From Octopus vulgaris (taxonomy: Eukaryota), in NCBI GenBank assembly GCA_951406725.2, contig OX597822.1, positions 44,516,001 through 44,580,000 of the forward strand: a stretch of DNA of 64,000 nucleotides, given 5' to 3'. Positions within the stretch are counted from its first letter, which is position 1. Each line of letters begins with the position of its first letter. The notes under the pieces are model-generated. The model had not been told where the DNA came from. It did not search any database and saw only the letters and a list, made by a program, of their open reading frames with translations. Position numbers and translations under genes: made by a program. Below are positions 14,802-27,576 of this stretch, in pieces.

Positions 14802-15159
14802 CATTATTGTTGTTATTATTATTACTATTACCATTATCGGGGTGGAGTAATGCGGTTGTTGTTATGTAGCGTCTTCCTCGCGGTCGACATGCTCTATTTG
14901 TCTTGTTCTTATCTCTTTTACTCTGACTCCCCCTCTCCTCCGCCTCCTCCTTTTTTCTCTCCTCGCCATCGCCTCTTAGTGTCTTTTTCTTCGTGTTGGT
15001 GGTGGTGGTGGTGTCGGGTGTTGTATTGTAATTCCTTGTTTAGCATTCTTTTATTCTGTTTAATCGACACACTTTTATCACTGCTAAATAATGGGGAGAA
15101 TACAACAATGGTTTGACAGGGGTTGAGGCTGAGAGATCAGTGGAAACGGAAGCATCAGC

Positions 15160-15719
15160 ATCGTTATCATCATCATTAACATCATCAACTGCGTCGTCAT
15201 CATCATCATCATCATCATCATCATTATCATCATAACAAGGCGGAGCAACAATAGAACCATCGCCAATACAATCACGATGACAGTCTTCATCATGATTATC
15301 ATCGTTGTTAGCATCAGCAGCAGCAGTAGCATCATCATCATCATCATCACCATCATGATCATCATCATCATCATCACCGTCATCATTATCATTACCCCCT
15401 TCATCACCATCATCATCAAATCCATCGTCATCGTCATTATCATCATTATCATCACCATCATCATCGCCTTCATTATCATGATCATCATCGTCGTCGTCGT
15501 CGTCGTCCTCGCCTTCATCATCATCAACATCATCACCATCATCATCATCACCATCATCATCCACATCATCATCATCCTCCTCATTATCATCATCATCATT
15601 ATAATCATAATCGGCGTCGTAGTTGTCGGTGTCGTCCTCGTCATCATCATCATTATCATCATCATCATCATCATCACCATCATCACCATCATCATCATCA
15701 TCAGCATTATCATCATCAG

Positions 15720-15799
<80 letters not shown>

Positions 15800-15850
15800 C
15801 CTTCGTCGACATCATCGTCGACACCGTCGCCTTCGTCGTCATCGTCACCA
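15160..15850. repeat. Long degenerate (ATC)n microsatellite
   Basis: Directly visible. It gives poly-D/M/I/S ORFs in several frames. Confidence 0.9.
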
Positions 15851-16478
15851 GTACTCGTTACCATATTTGTACGACCAAAGATTAAACAAGAACAGCACCT
15901 CCACAGCGACATATATATATCTCGTCACTACAACACAATATCTTCACCGACTTTAACAAACACCACCAACACCTCCACCACCACCAAACACCAAAACCAT
16001 CATCATTACCACCACCACCACCATCATCATCGCCGCCGCCGCCGCCGTTATCGCTACCACCGCCACCAATGGCTCAATGAACAATCACATGTATAACTGA
16101 CCCGACTTCTATTACCAATACTGCTGTCGCTGTTGCTGCTGCTGCTACTTAATTATTTATTCATTACTTCAGTATTCTAATCAATGAACTTGTTTCAGAG
16201 AAATCCTTAAACTCATTTCCTCCCGCCTGACGAAAGGACACACACCTTCTCTATCCTCATGCAACAGTTAATTACCAGTAACACACATACACATAAACAC
16301 ACATACCTACTCGCAGAGGTACACATATCATGCACATAGACACAGCGCTTGTGCGTGTCCTCCATTAATCTTCTAATCTTCTTCTGGACTGAACCATAAG
16401 ACTTGCAGTCATAATCATTAGCAGAAAGGATAGATGCATTATCGTCTAATGAAGCAGACTTTGAAAGAGCTGCATATT

Positions 16479-17290
16479 ATTTTCTACTCTAGGCACAAGA
16501 CCCGAAATTTTGGGGGAGAGGGCCAGTCGGTTAGATCGACTCTAGTACGCAACTGGTACTTAATTTATCGACCCCGAAAGGATGAAATGCAAAGGCGACC
16601 TCGATGGAATTTGAACTCAGAACGAAAAGACACGAAATACCGCTAAGCATTTCACCTGGTGTGCTAATGTTTCTGGCAGCTCGCCACGTTGAAGGCATGG
16701 AATAGTTTTTTCTACTCTAGGCACAAGGCCTGAAATTTTGGAGGAGGGGTCCAGTCGATTAGATCGACCCCAGTACGCAACTGGTACTTAATTTATCGAC
16801 CCCGAAAAGATAAAAGGGAAAGACGACTTCGGCGGAATTTAACCTCAGAACGTAAAGACAGACGAAATACCGCTAAGCATATAGCCCGGCGTGCGAACGT
16901 TTCTGCCAGTTCGACGCCTTTCTCAATATAAATATTCTTTTCTACTCTAGGCACAAGGACTGAAATTTTCAGAGAGGGGGTCAGTGGATTAGATCCAACC
17001 CATTACGCAATTGTTACTTAATTTATCGACTCCCAAAGGATGAAAGGCAAAGGTGACTTCAGCGGAATTTGAACTCAGAACGTAAAGACAGACGAAATAC
17101 CTATTTCTTTACTACCCACAAGAGGACACACAAGGACTAACAAACGGATTACGTCGATTAAATCGACCGCAGTGCGTAACTGGTACTTATTTAATCAACT
17201 CCGAAGGGATGAAAGGCAAAGTCGACCTCGGCAGAATTTGAACTCAGAACGTAACGGCCGATAAAATACCACTAACCATTTCGCCCAGCA
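16479..17290 (-). mobile_element. Head-to-tail array of four SINE family A units
   Basis: Units at about 16479-16688, 16706-16920, 16935-17100 and 17103-17289. Each carries ACTGGTACTT..TT.ATCGAC.CC...AGGATGAAAGGCAAAG...GGAATTTGAACTCAGAACG. Confidence 0.9.
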
Positions 17291-17460
17291 TGAAAAGGGC
17301 TGCATATCGTAACAGTGATGGGATATCAGCGACATCAGTGCTTCTCAAAGTATCTGATGTGGCATACTCGTAGTTTTTTTGGGTTTTTTTGCCAATGTGC
17401 CAGGGACCGGTAATATTTCTTTGTAATATTAATTTATGCCGGAAACAATATACTCTTTTC

Positions 17461-17875
17461 TTTTTACTCTTTTTACTTGTTTCAGTCATTTGACTGTGGC
17501 CATGCTGGAGCACTTCCTTTAGTCGAACAAATCGAACCCAGGACTTTGTAAGCCTAGTACTTATTCTATCGTTCTCTTTTGCCGAACCGCTAAGTTACGG
17601 GAACGTAAACACACCAGCATCAGTTGTCAAGCGATGTTGGGGAGATAAACACAGACACACAAACATATACACACAAACACATATACACACACACACACAC
17701 ACACATATACATACATACGACGAGCTTCTTTCAGTTTCCGTCTACCAAATCCACTCACAAGGCTTTGGTCGGCCCGAGGCTGTAGTAGAAGACACTTGCC
17801 CAAGGTGCTACGCAATCGGACTGAACCCGGAACCATCTGGTTCGTTAGCAAGCTACTTACCACACACCCACTCCT
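17461..17875 (-). mobile_element. SINE family B with internal (CA)n microsatellite
   Basis: Minus-strand head AGGAGTGG.TGTGTGGTAAG...GGTTCCGGGTTCAGT, CORE-like CACCTTGGGCAAGTG, tail GCTCCAGCATGGCCACAGTCAAATGACTGAAAC. Confidence 0.9.
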
Positions 17876-18362
17876 AATGAATATAATGAAAGTTGAGTTT
17901 TTTGTCGTATATTTAGTTTGTAAACAAATAATACAATATTACATAAGCATTTTATTAGCATTTTATAATGTTTCTTTCTTTTCTGGAAACCCGCCGCGTA
18001 CTGGCAGCTGATGACTGGCGGTCCGGCATAGGTCAGCGGACAACCAGTTTGAGTAGCCCTGACCTAAATGATATCAACAGAAAGTATAACACTCACTAAC
18101 ACGATCAAATACCTCACGTAAATATGCTACGAAAAGAAATGTTAAATGGTACAACCAACCCTAAAATTCTGAACAAAAACAAGGGATCTGCAAAATGCTT
18201 CAACTCCCTAATAGTAAAGTATTCACTATAGAGCAATGGTTCTCGTCCATTTTGGACCTATGGAAACCTTTTGATTTTTATTTTGCTTTCGATGTTTTAA
18301 AACATCCTATTAAATACTTAAATGCAATGTTATTAGAAATTGCATTAAAACACTATAAGACT

Positions 18363-18519
18363 ATGGCCATGCTGGGGTAGTACTTTGAAATTTTAGCAGA
18401 ATTAATCGACTCCAGTACTTGGTTATAAGACTAGTACTTATTCTATCGGCCTCTTTTGCCGAACCGCTAAGTTGCAGGTACGGTAACACACCAAAACCGG
18501 TTGTCAAACGATGAAGACA

Positions 18520-18564
<45 letters not shown>

Positions 18565-18795
18565 GTATATAAACGTCGGACTTCTTTCAGTTTCCGTCTA
18601 CCACCACATGTCACACGGTGATGCTGTGTTCAGATCCTCATGACGTAGTGGTTCAGCTCAAGAGCCCGATAGCATAAGCACCAGACTTAAGAAAATAAGG
18701 TCTGAAGTCGATCCATTCGACTAAAAATTCTTTGAAGCGATGCCCCCAGTATGACCGCAGTCTAATGACAGAAACGGGTAAAAGAGAAAAGATAA
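18363..18795. mobile_element. Two SINE B fragments in opposite orientation
   Basis: Minus-strand copy at 18363-18603 and plus-strand 3' half at about 18655-18795. Confidence 0.75.
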
Positions 18796-19213
18796 ACGCA
18801 CTGACGTGTGTAGTCAGCCGATAAACGAAATCAGAGCTAAATCCTTTATCATCTCAAACATCTTAACAATGATATAATATGTCATTGTAACCCACACTTT
18901 TGGTAAGCGTATGATAAAGATTTCCTTCCTTGCTTCATATTCTTTGCTTGACGGAGCTGGTGCCATCCTAGGATAGTGGTCCCAAGGACATCAACATGAG
19001 TAGAGCCGACTAGGGTCACCAGTGCACTGCATCGCTGGCAGATCCCTGCCACCTGCTCAGCACCCTCTACGAAAACATATTGAATAATTCTTCAGTTTAA
19101 TATAAAATTCTTCAATTCCACACCGAAACAAGCAATGTCTCTCTCTTTCTCTCTCACACACACACACACATACACATATACACACAGTAGGTACATGTAT
19201 ATGTATGAATATG

Positions 19214-19281
<68 letters not shown>

Positions 19282-19378
19282 AATAAATTTAGGGATGATA
19301 TTATTAATGTACCATCACGAGTGGTAAGCGAATTATCAACCGTACGGGCAAAGTAATAAAATATATACATAAAAGGTT

Positions 19379-19585
19379 AGATATGTACATATATACACAA
19401 GGGTACTACATGAGTACCTATATCGCTAAGAAACAGAAGTAAAAAAATACATTATTTTTGTTCACTGATATTTTTTCCTGTCATGTCTGTAATACATTTG
19501 TGACTATTCGGTGGTACTGAAGTATTTTTTTACTTCTATTTTTTAGCGACATAGGTAGTAGACTCGTGCATATATGTACATATCT
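19379..19585. repeat. Fold-back inverted repeat, arms about 65-70 bp
   Basis: AGATATGTACATATAT...TACCTATATCGCTAAGAAACAGAAGTAAAAAAATAC pairs with GTATTTTTTTACTTCTATTTTTTAGCGACATAGGTA...ATATATGTACATATCT. Confidence 0.8.
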
Positions 19586-19619
19586 CATATTGTGTGTATA
19601 TATATTATGTAAATAGAGG

Positions 19620-19705
<86 letters not shown>

Positions 19706-19714
19706 TGTGTGTGT

Positions 19715-20027
19715 GTGGAGGTACAATGGCCCAGTGGTTAAGGCAGCGCACTCGCAGTCATAGGATCGTGGTTTCGATTCCCAGACCGGGTGTTGTGAGT
19801 GTTTATTGACCGAAAACACCTAAAGCTCCACGATGCTCCGGCAGGGGGTGGTGGTGATCCATGCTGTACTCTTTCACCATAACTTTCTCTCACTCTTTCT
19901 TCTGTTGGCCTGCTCGCTTAGCCAGCGGGGTGGCGTCATTTGAAGGCTAAAACAATGCGAACCGCATTGTGACCAGTGATGTGTGTAGCAACATCTGATG
20001 GCCTGGTCGGTCACGTGATCACGTGAT
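19715..20027 (+). mobile_element. tRNA-derived SINE family C (tail type 1)
   Basis: Head GTGGAGGTACAATGGCCCAGTGGTTAAGG...GGTTTCGATTCCC. Head and body are homologous to 24746 and 27576. Confidence 0.85.
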
Positions 20028-20046
20028 ACACATATATATATATATA

Positions 20047-20131
20047 AAAGAACCTTTTTTAGAAAGTCGAAAGATTTCACAATCTCTTCCCAAAAGTTAG
20101 TGTCTTTCGACTTTCTTAAAAGGATCTTTTC
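20047..20131. repeat. Inverted repeat, arms about 27 bp
   Basis: The left arm AAAGAACCTTTTT...AGAAAGTCGAAAGA pairs with TCTTTCGACTTTCTTAAAAGGATCTTT, with a few mismatches. Confidence 0.8.
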
Positions 20132-20311
20132 TCACACTTAACTCTTTGAGAAAAATCTTCTCTCCAGATATTATAAATGTATCAAGGAATTTCCAAAACA
20201 CTATATATATAAAAATATACATATGGGTGTGTGTGTGTGTGTACATATATACATATTTATTATATACACCCACACAGATATATATATTTATATATACACC
20301 CACACACCCAC

Positions 20312-20386
<75 letters not shown>

Positions 20387-20435
20387 GAGAGTAAGAGAGA
20401 GAAACAATCAGACAGATAGACAGATAGTTAGATAA

Positions 20436-20518
<83 letters not shown>

Positions 20519-21298
20519 TAACCCAATGGATGGGTCTCTACGAGGTCATTCTGCCTGCCAGAAATAACTGTTAGATGTCAGTCAATTCATAAGGATTTGA
20601 AAGCGTATACATTGGATAATACAATCCTCGACATCGTGACAGAAAAAAAACCAACAGACGATGATCGTCATGACTAGAATATCATTCAACATATTTCTAC
20701 TCGCTAAGGGCTAACGCAGCAGCAGGCGTTGTAGTCACAGTGGTAACGGCAGCAGCAGCAATTTCGTACGCCCACCGCTAATCAAAGGAATTGAATTTAT
20801 GTGGCAATTGATATTATGTAAGAATATATTTCCTAGGAACTAACCGAATGTCCTATAATATTGGACAGCGAGCTGGTGGCGATATGGGTATTGGGCGACG
20901 TAACGCGGTGTATGGGTTGGTTGGTTGGTGGGTGGATCTTAGCATGTGTTGGACGTTCTACCCTACTCTTACCCAACACGCTAACTGATCTCCCCTTTAC
21001 TTACAGAAGACACTTAGAATCAGCGTGATATGTTACAGGATGAAAGGAAATATCGCTGCCAATTTTGGCCGAATTACAAGACAAGACATTAGAAGTGAAG
21101 ACACGCACATACACATAAGCCCACACAGACACACATATACATACACGCACACATACACGATCACATTGATTCATAGACATGTAAGCACTTGTAGGCATGT
21201 AGAAATACACGTAGACACGCACGCATATACACATATTAACAAGTGTATTTCACACTAAGATAAACTTAGACATATACTTGACATACGCAGATGCACAG

Positions 21299-21331
<33 letters not shown>

Positions 21332-21444
21332 TACATACATACATACATACATACATACATACATACATACATACAAACTGACATGTACGCATAAACATAT
21401 ATACACGCATATAAATATACCCACAATCATCCACACACACATAC

Positions 21445-21533
<89 letters not shown>

Positions 21534-21841
21534 CACAGAAAGACTCACACGTGCTTAGATATTCATTGACGTATAATTGCTTGCAGATATATAAACACAC
21601 GCGTATGTAAAGAGACAAGCAGACATATGCTCACAAGCATATATACACAAACATTTACATATACAAATATACACATTGGCTTATATACATTCATAGATAT
21701 ATAATTATTGATACACGTTCATATGCACACGTAGGTATATACGCAGTCATATCGTATATATATTCATGTATATACATTGATACGTAATTATATATAGACA
21801 TGAATATACATGCATATAAATACATAAATAAATTACACACA

Positions 21842-21935
<94 letters not shown>

Positions 21936-22832
21936 CATATATATACATACACACACGCACGCATACATACAGACGCATCTATCTATACACACACATACAC
22001 ACACACATATATATATGTATATAAATATATATATATATTTATATATATATACACATACATACACATACATATACATACATACATACATACATATATATAA
22101 ATAAATAAATATACATATATGTACATATATATATATATACACACACACCCGCACGCTCACACGTAAACTGAGTGTACATTCAGAACGGAGGGAGTTCGCC
22201 GCTCTTAATTACTTGGGAGAATATGAAAGCAGAAGTTTAACGATGTGTGGAGATGAGCCTGTTGATTAGAGACTCGTAGAAGTTGGCTGTTTGTACATGT
22301 GCTGGTTGATTGGCGAATGACAGACTGTGGTATTGGCCGTAGTATAAGTGGTAGCGGTGATGGTGAAAGTACTGGTGGTGTTGCTGCAGGGGCTGAGCGA
22401 TGGGTCGGTTGACGGCGGGGCGAGCTAAAATTGTTCCATGGCAATAGGGTAGTTAGTTACATGTTGGAATATAATGGAGCATGGTCAGTAAGGGTAAATA
22501 GAAGGAAACAGATGCGGTGGTGGTGGCGGAGGTGGTGGAGGTGGTCGTGGTTGGGTTAATAATTTGCACCATTGGAAGTATGGAAGACTGGAACAACTAA
22601 AAGTGTCAAGTGCTTTCTGATCATAGCTTTTGTATATCTCTTGCGAAGCTTTCTCTCTCTCTCCCCCTCTCTCTATCTCTCACTCTTTCTCTCTCATTCT
22701 ATCTATCTATTTATCTATCTTTCTATCTATCTATCTATTTATCTATCTTACTCTTATTCAGAATTTCGTTTATATTCTATGTGTTTACACACACATATAT
22801 GTGTTTACACACACGCATACACACATATATAT

Positions 22833-22875
<43 letters not shown>

Positions 22876-23063
22876 TTTATTTTATATATTTATGTTATAT
22901 ACATATATGCATATGTGTCTGTATATACTTATATATATAAGTATATATATATACATGTATATACGTATAAAATTATACATATATGCATATATATATACAT
23001 ATATATATATAAACATATGTATATACATATGTTTGTGTGTGTGTACGAATACATATATATACG

Positions 23064-23127
<64 letters not shown>

Positions 23128-23316
23128 ATATACATACATGGTATGGATATGTATATACATATACATATATAGATATATGTATATCTATGTATGCATGCAT
23201 GTATGCATATACACACGCATGCACACACATACACACACACACTCATATATATGGTTGCATGCTTTACTGTATATATATATGCTTGTCCTATACTGTGTGC
23301 ATATACACACATACAC

Positions 23317-23369
<53 letters not shown>

Positions 23370-24380
23370 TATATATATATATATATATATATAAAATAGT
23401 AATCATGTCATTCAGTCCTATCATGCATGCGCTGGCAGTGTGTGTGTGTTTGTGTGATGTATGTATGTGTGAAGTGTGTGTGGGGGTTGGTGGGATGTTG
23501 GTTTCGGTATTGGCATGCGTGTAATGCGAGCGTTTATATTGATGATGCAATTTTACATAATCAGAGGAAAATTTTCTCGGACACTTAAAAAGATAAGGAA
23601 ATTGGGTGTCGTGAGAACCTACATGAAAGGAAGCTTTGATTGTGATGATGATGATGATGATGATGAAGGGGAGGAGGGGGAGGAAGAGGGTGGTGGTTGT
23701 AGTGGCGATGGTGGTGATGATGATGATAATGATGTTGGTGATGACAAGGGCGATGACGATGATAGCGCTGACAACTATGACGACGACAACAACAATGAGG
23801 GATGATGGTGATGGTGGTGGTGGTGGTGGGGGAAGAATTGTCACTGCTGGTGCTGACAATGATGATAGTAGTGGTAGTGGTGGTGGTGATTGTCCACAAC
23901 GTCATCTTCATATCCATGACTGCCAGCCTCTTTATCCTCTTCCGCTTCTACCTTCTCCTCTTCCTCATCATAATCATCAACACCTCTGACGTCATCATCA
24001 ATCATCACCATCACAACCACCTTCAACATCACCCTCATCACCATCTTCATCTTCATCACTACCACCACCGTCACCATCATCATCCTCATATATCCTCACC
24101 ACCATCCTCATCATCTTCGCCGTCTTCCTCATCAGCGTCATCATCATCACCATTATCATATCCTTCATCATCACAGATGTCAACATCGTCAGCGTTATCA
24201 TTTTTCAATGTATTTGATTGTTAGTGGCGTTTGTAAAAGAACTCGATCAAAATATATTCGTTGAGGGGTTTTCGGTATTATAAGCCCCACATCCGCCAAC
24301 CCCCAACTCTTCCCCCACCAACCTCCATACCACTCACCCTGCTGCCCCTACAAACCACTAACATTATTACTACCACTAGT

Positions 24381-24530
24381 CACTAGCGTTGCTAGAGTGT
24401 GTGTCTCCCGGGGCGGCCATTTCGTTTGCCGCCCCCGGACTCCACAAAAATCATATTGCCTGTAGTAGTTCCAAAAGCTTTGACCCTTTAAAAGTACCGC
24501 CCCTGCTACACCCCACTAGCTACGCTAGTG
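24381..24530. mobile_element. 150-bp hAT-type MITE
   Basis: 15-bp TIRs CACTAGCGTTGCTAG and CTAGCTACGCTAGTG (1 mismatch). 8-bp TSD CCACTAGT/GCACTAGT (7/8). Confidence 0.8.
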
Positions 24531-24745
24531 GCACTAGTACCGCTTCTACTAACTTCACAACTGTCACCACTCTATGATTAACTCAAATACCACCGCAACT
24601 GCATCTATCTACAGATGAAAACGCCCACTATTAGCACTGCTCCTGGTACTATAAATAACATTACTATCATTAATATAGTATCACAACCATTGTTGCGGGA
24701 CTCTTTTATCTCTTAGACAAATTAGGGTTCAGTAAGATACAGCTA

Positions 24746-24980
24746 GTGGAGGCACATGGCTTAGTGGTTAGAGCAGCGGACTCGCGGTCGAAGGATCGTG
24801 GGTTCGAATCTCAGACCGGGTGATGTGTTTATGAGCGAAGCACCTCAGCTCCATGCGGCTCCGGCAGAAGGTAACGGAGAGCGTCTGCTGACTCTTTTGC
24901 CACAACTTTCTCTTACTCTTTCCTTTTGCATCTAGCATCTCACTTGCGACGGACCGGCGCCCCGTCCTGGTGGGGAACCG
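24746..24980 (+). mobile_element. SINE family C (tail type 2)
   Basis: Head GTGGAGGCACATGGCTTAGTGGTTAGAGCAGCGGACTCGCGGTC...GGTTCGAATCTC. Diverges from the other C copies after the CT-rich body. Confidence 0.85.
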
Positions 24981-26207
24981 ATAGGTCTCTTTGATTGGCA
25001 GCTTGAGTGCTAAAGGGCATCATCTGCACTGCGCTAGTTGCGGGTTGTCTGTTGGTGGCCTTCTTCCGGAGCCAATTTAAAGACATGCTTATCAGCCCAT
25101 AGTTGGGAGAGCTGCTTCTGCTCCAAGTCTGAATTGACCGGAGAACAACGGCGGCTAAGAGGTGGTTCCATACCACACAAGAACCAGGAACTCCTGAACG
25201 AGGGCTGTACGACCCAGAACAATCTCATACCCAGAACAAATCACCACCACTCTTTAGCCACACAGTCGGACTGACACCACCACCAACAACAAGAACAACA
25301 ACAAAAGCAACAACACCGTCAGCAACAACAACAGCAAAACTATTACTACCACTGCTGCTGCTGCTACTACTACTACTACTAGAAGTATAACAGTTCTGCG
25401 AATATGAGTGATATGTGTACATCTAGATCTCACTACACACACACACGCCCACACACAGAAACACACACACATTAACATACATATATACACACAGAAACAC
25501 ACACACATTAACACACATATATATATATATCAAAAATTTACCAAAACCGCAGCTTACAGAAAATTTTACATAAACATAAGAAACAGAAAATTCGTAGCTA
25601 ATTCTTCACCAGTCAACGTCTAAACAATCCTTACAATTTCGTGCCTTTAACGTTGATATTATTCATTTTTGGTGGCACCAGTGGCGAAAATTCACTGGGA
25701 ATAGCGAACGAACGTACAGGGACAATGGCGAAAACAAACAGGACAAAATAATATATGAATACATAACAAAAAATGCTGTGCGGCCGCAAGTCGGTTAACA
25801 CAAAGGAAAATTAAAATGTCTTGTAGAACTAGAGAAGAGAGGATAGACAGAAAGTCAGAAGGAAGAAAGAAGTAAAGTATTGGGGAGATAAAGAGAGAGA
25901 GAGAGAGGGAGGGAGGCAAAAGAGGTGCAGAGAAAGAGAAAGAGACAGAATGAACAGTGTGCTTGTGTTAATTTACCTGTAGACACAGTATGTAGGTTTT
26001 CATTGTACATATGCATACAGAGCAAACGTATGCTGACTTACATATATACACAGTGTACAGTTTTTCAGTGTACATGCATTACCCAGAGCGTACGTGTTAG
26101 CTATATACAATGCGTATATATTGACTTGCAGATAAGCACTGCACTTGCTAAATATACGCAATATGTAGATACTGACATCATGGATAAATATAAGTTCTAT
26201 GTATTAT

Positions 26208-26850
26208 ACCGTATATACTCGTGTAAAAATCGAATTTTTTAGACCATTTTTTACGATCAAATCTATGGGGTCGCCTATTACATGGATATTACTTTTGAGG
26301 TGCTGAAATCTAAGCTAGAATCCGAAGTACCGTATCAGCAGGAGAAGCCCAACTGATCTCTAAGCGAATAAAATCAAAAACAATGAATTACAATAACATT
26401 ATCAATTCTATGCATCAAAACACACGTCCTAGTAAAACGTAAAGGTCTAGCGATTAAGTGAATGTTTCTAGGCTTACCAAAGTCATGCCTTAGTATGCAG
26501 ACAGTGGCATTTGCCAGTCCTCGCCAATAGTGCTGTCTTTGAAACATGTTTCTCACTACGTAAACAACGAGTGTATGATACATGTGCTTATTGTGCTTGG
26601 AGATGTATGCAGGCTTGCAGTATATCCTGTGCATACGTCTTAGTAATGATGATGTAGCAACCACCAACAGATATGTTGTGCTTGCTAGTAAACACTTTGC
26701 TATAAGCACCAAGCATTCCACCTATAGAGCAGACTACAGTAAGGTAGCCACAAAATTGTGTAACAGTATTATTTCTACGTGCAGGATAATACGGTGCTTT
26801 GATCCACAAATATTGTCCTGTTGTTCGTGGAATACTAGGGTCATATTTTA
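26208..26850. mobile_element. Probable non-autonomous pogo/Tc2-like DNA transposon
   Basis: Begins TA-CCGTATATACTCGTGTAAAA, a terminus typical of this group. The right end is obscured by a SINE A copy. Confidence 0.4.
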
Positions 26851-26857
26851 TGCTGGG

Positions 26858-27039
26858 ACAGACAAACGGATTAAGTCGATTATATCGACCCCAGTGTGTA
26901 ACTGGTACTTATTTAATCGACTCCGAAAGGATGAAAGGCAAAGTCGACCTCGGCGGAATTTGAACTCACAACGTAACGGTAGATGAAATACAGCTACGCA
27001 TTTCGCCCGGTGTGCTAACGATTCTGCCAGCTCGCCGCC
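26858..27039 (-). mobile_element. SINE family A
   Basis: Near-identical to the family A head and core. Confidence 0.9.
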
Positions 27040-27205
27040 TTAAAAATTTGAAATTAAATTGCATATATGATTGCATATATACATACATATATACATACAT
27101 ACATACAGACAGACAGACAGACACATAGACAGACATACAGACAGACACACACACACACACACACGTGTGTTTGGGTGTGTGTGTAAACGTATAATTATAG
27201 ATTCG

Positions 27206-27576
27206 TGACACTCCTTCGTCTAAGACGACGGGGGTTCCTGTTAATGCAATCGACGGAACAGTCTGCTCGTGAAATTAACGTGCAAGTAGTTGAGCACTCC
27301 ACAGACACGTGTACAATTAACTTAGTTCACAGGGAGATTCAGCGTGACCACAAAGTGTGACATGGCTGTCCCTTTGAAATACAGGTACAACAGAAACAGG
27401 AAGAAAGAGCGAGAGAAAGTTGTGGTGAAAGATTCGCCACCACCCCCTGCTGGAGCCTCGTGAAGCTTTCGGTGTTTTCGCTTAATAAACACTCACAACG
27501 TCCGGGTTGGGAATCGAAACCGCGATCCCACGACCGCGAGTCCGCTGCTCTAATCACTGGACCATTGCGCCTCCAC
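27206..27576 (-). mobile_element. SINE family C head/body with family E tail
   Basis: Head matches 19715 and 24746. The 3' part matches 8738-8846 plus 9444-9540. Confidence 0.85.

Noticed and set aside
15040-15912. 290-aa Asp-rich ORF resembling acidic biomineralisation proteins
   Set aside because: It lies entirely on a degenerate (ATC)n tract that is open in four frames. There is no clear signal peptide, and similar tracts occur at 5.2 and 40.8 kb.
16479-17290. Repeat array superficially like CRISPR or satellite
   Set aside because: The units are about 200-bp diverged SINE copies with no repeat-spacer structure, in a eukaryotic context.
17985-18062. GAAAC...CTGATGA hammerhead-like words
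   Set aside because: No supporting helices. The segment ends in a hAT-like terminus (CAGGGCTACTCAAACTGG on the minus strand) and is more likely a MITE end.
22185-22620. GC-richer unique stretch as a possible exon
   Set aside because: Only a 79-aa low-complexity ORF, with no recognisable domain or convincing splice sites. Cannot be excluded without RNA-seq.
24746-24820. tRNA-Arg-like sequences (also at 7640-7716, 9370-9443, 19715, 27500-27576 and 58900-58968)
   Set aside because: They lack a closing acceptor stem and run directly into shared SINE bodies, so they are SINE heads, not tRNA genes.
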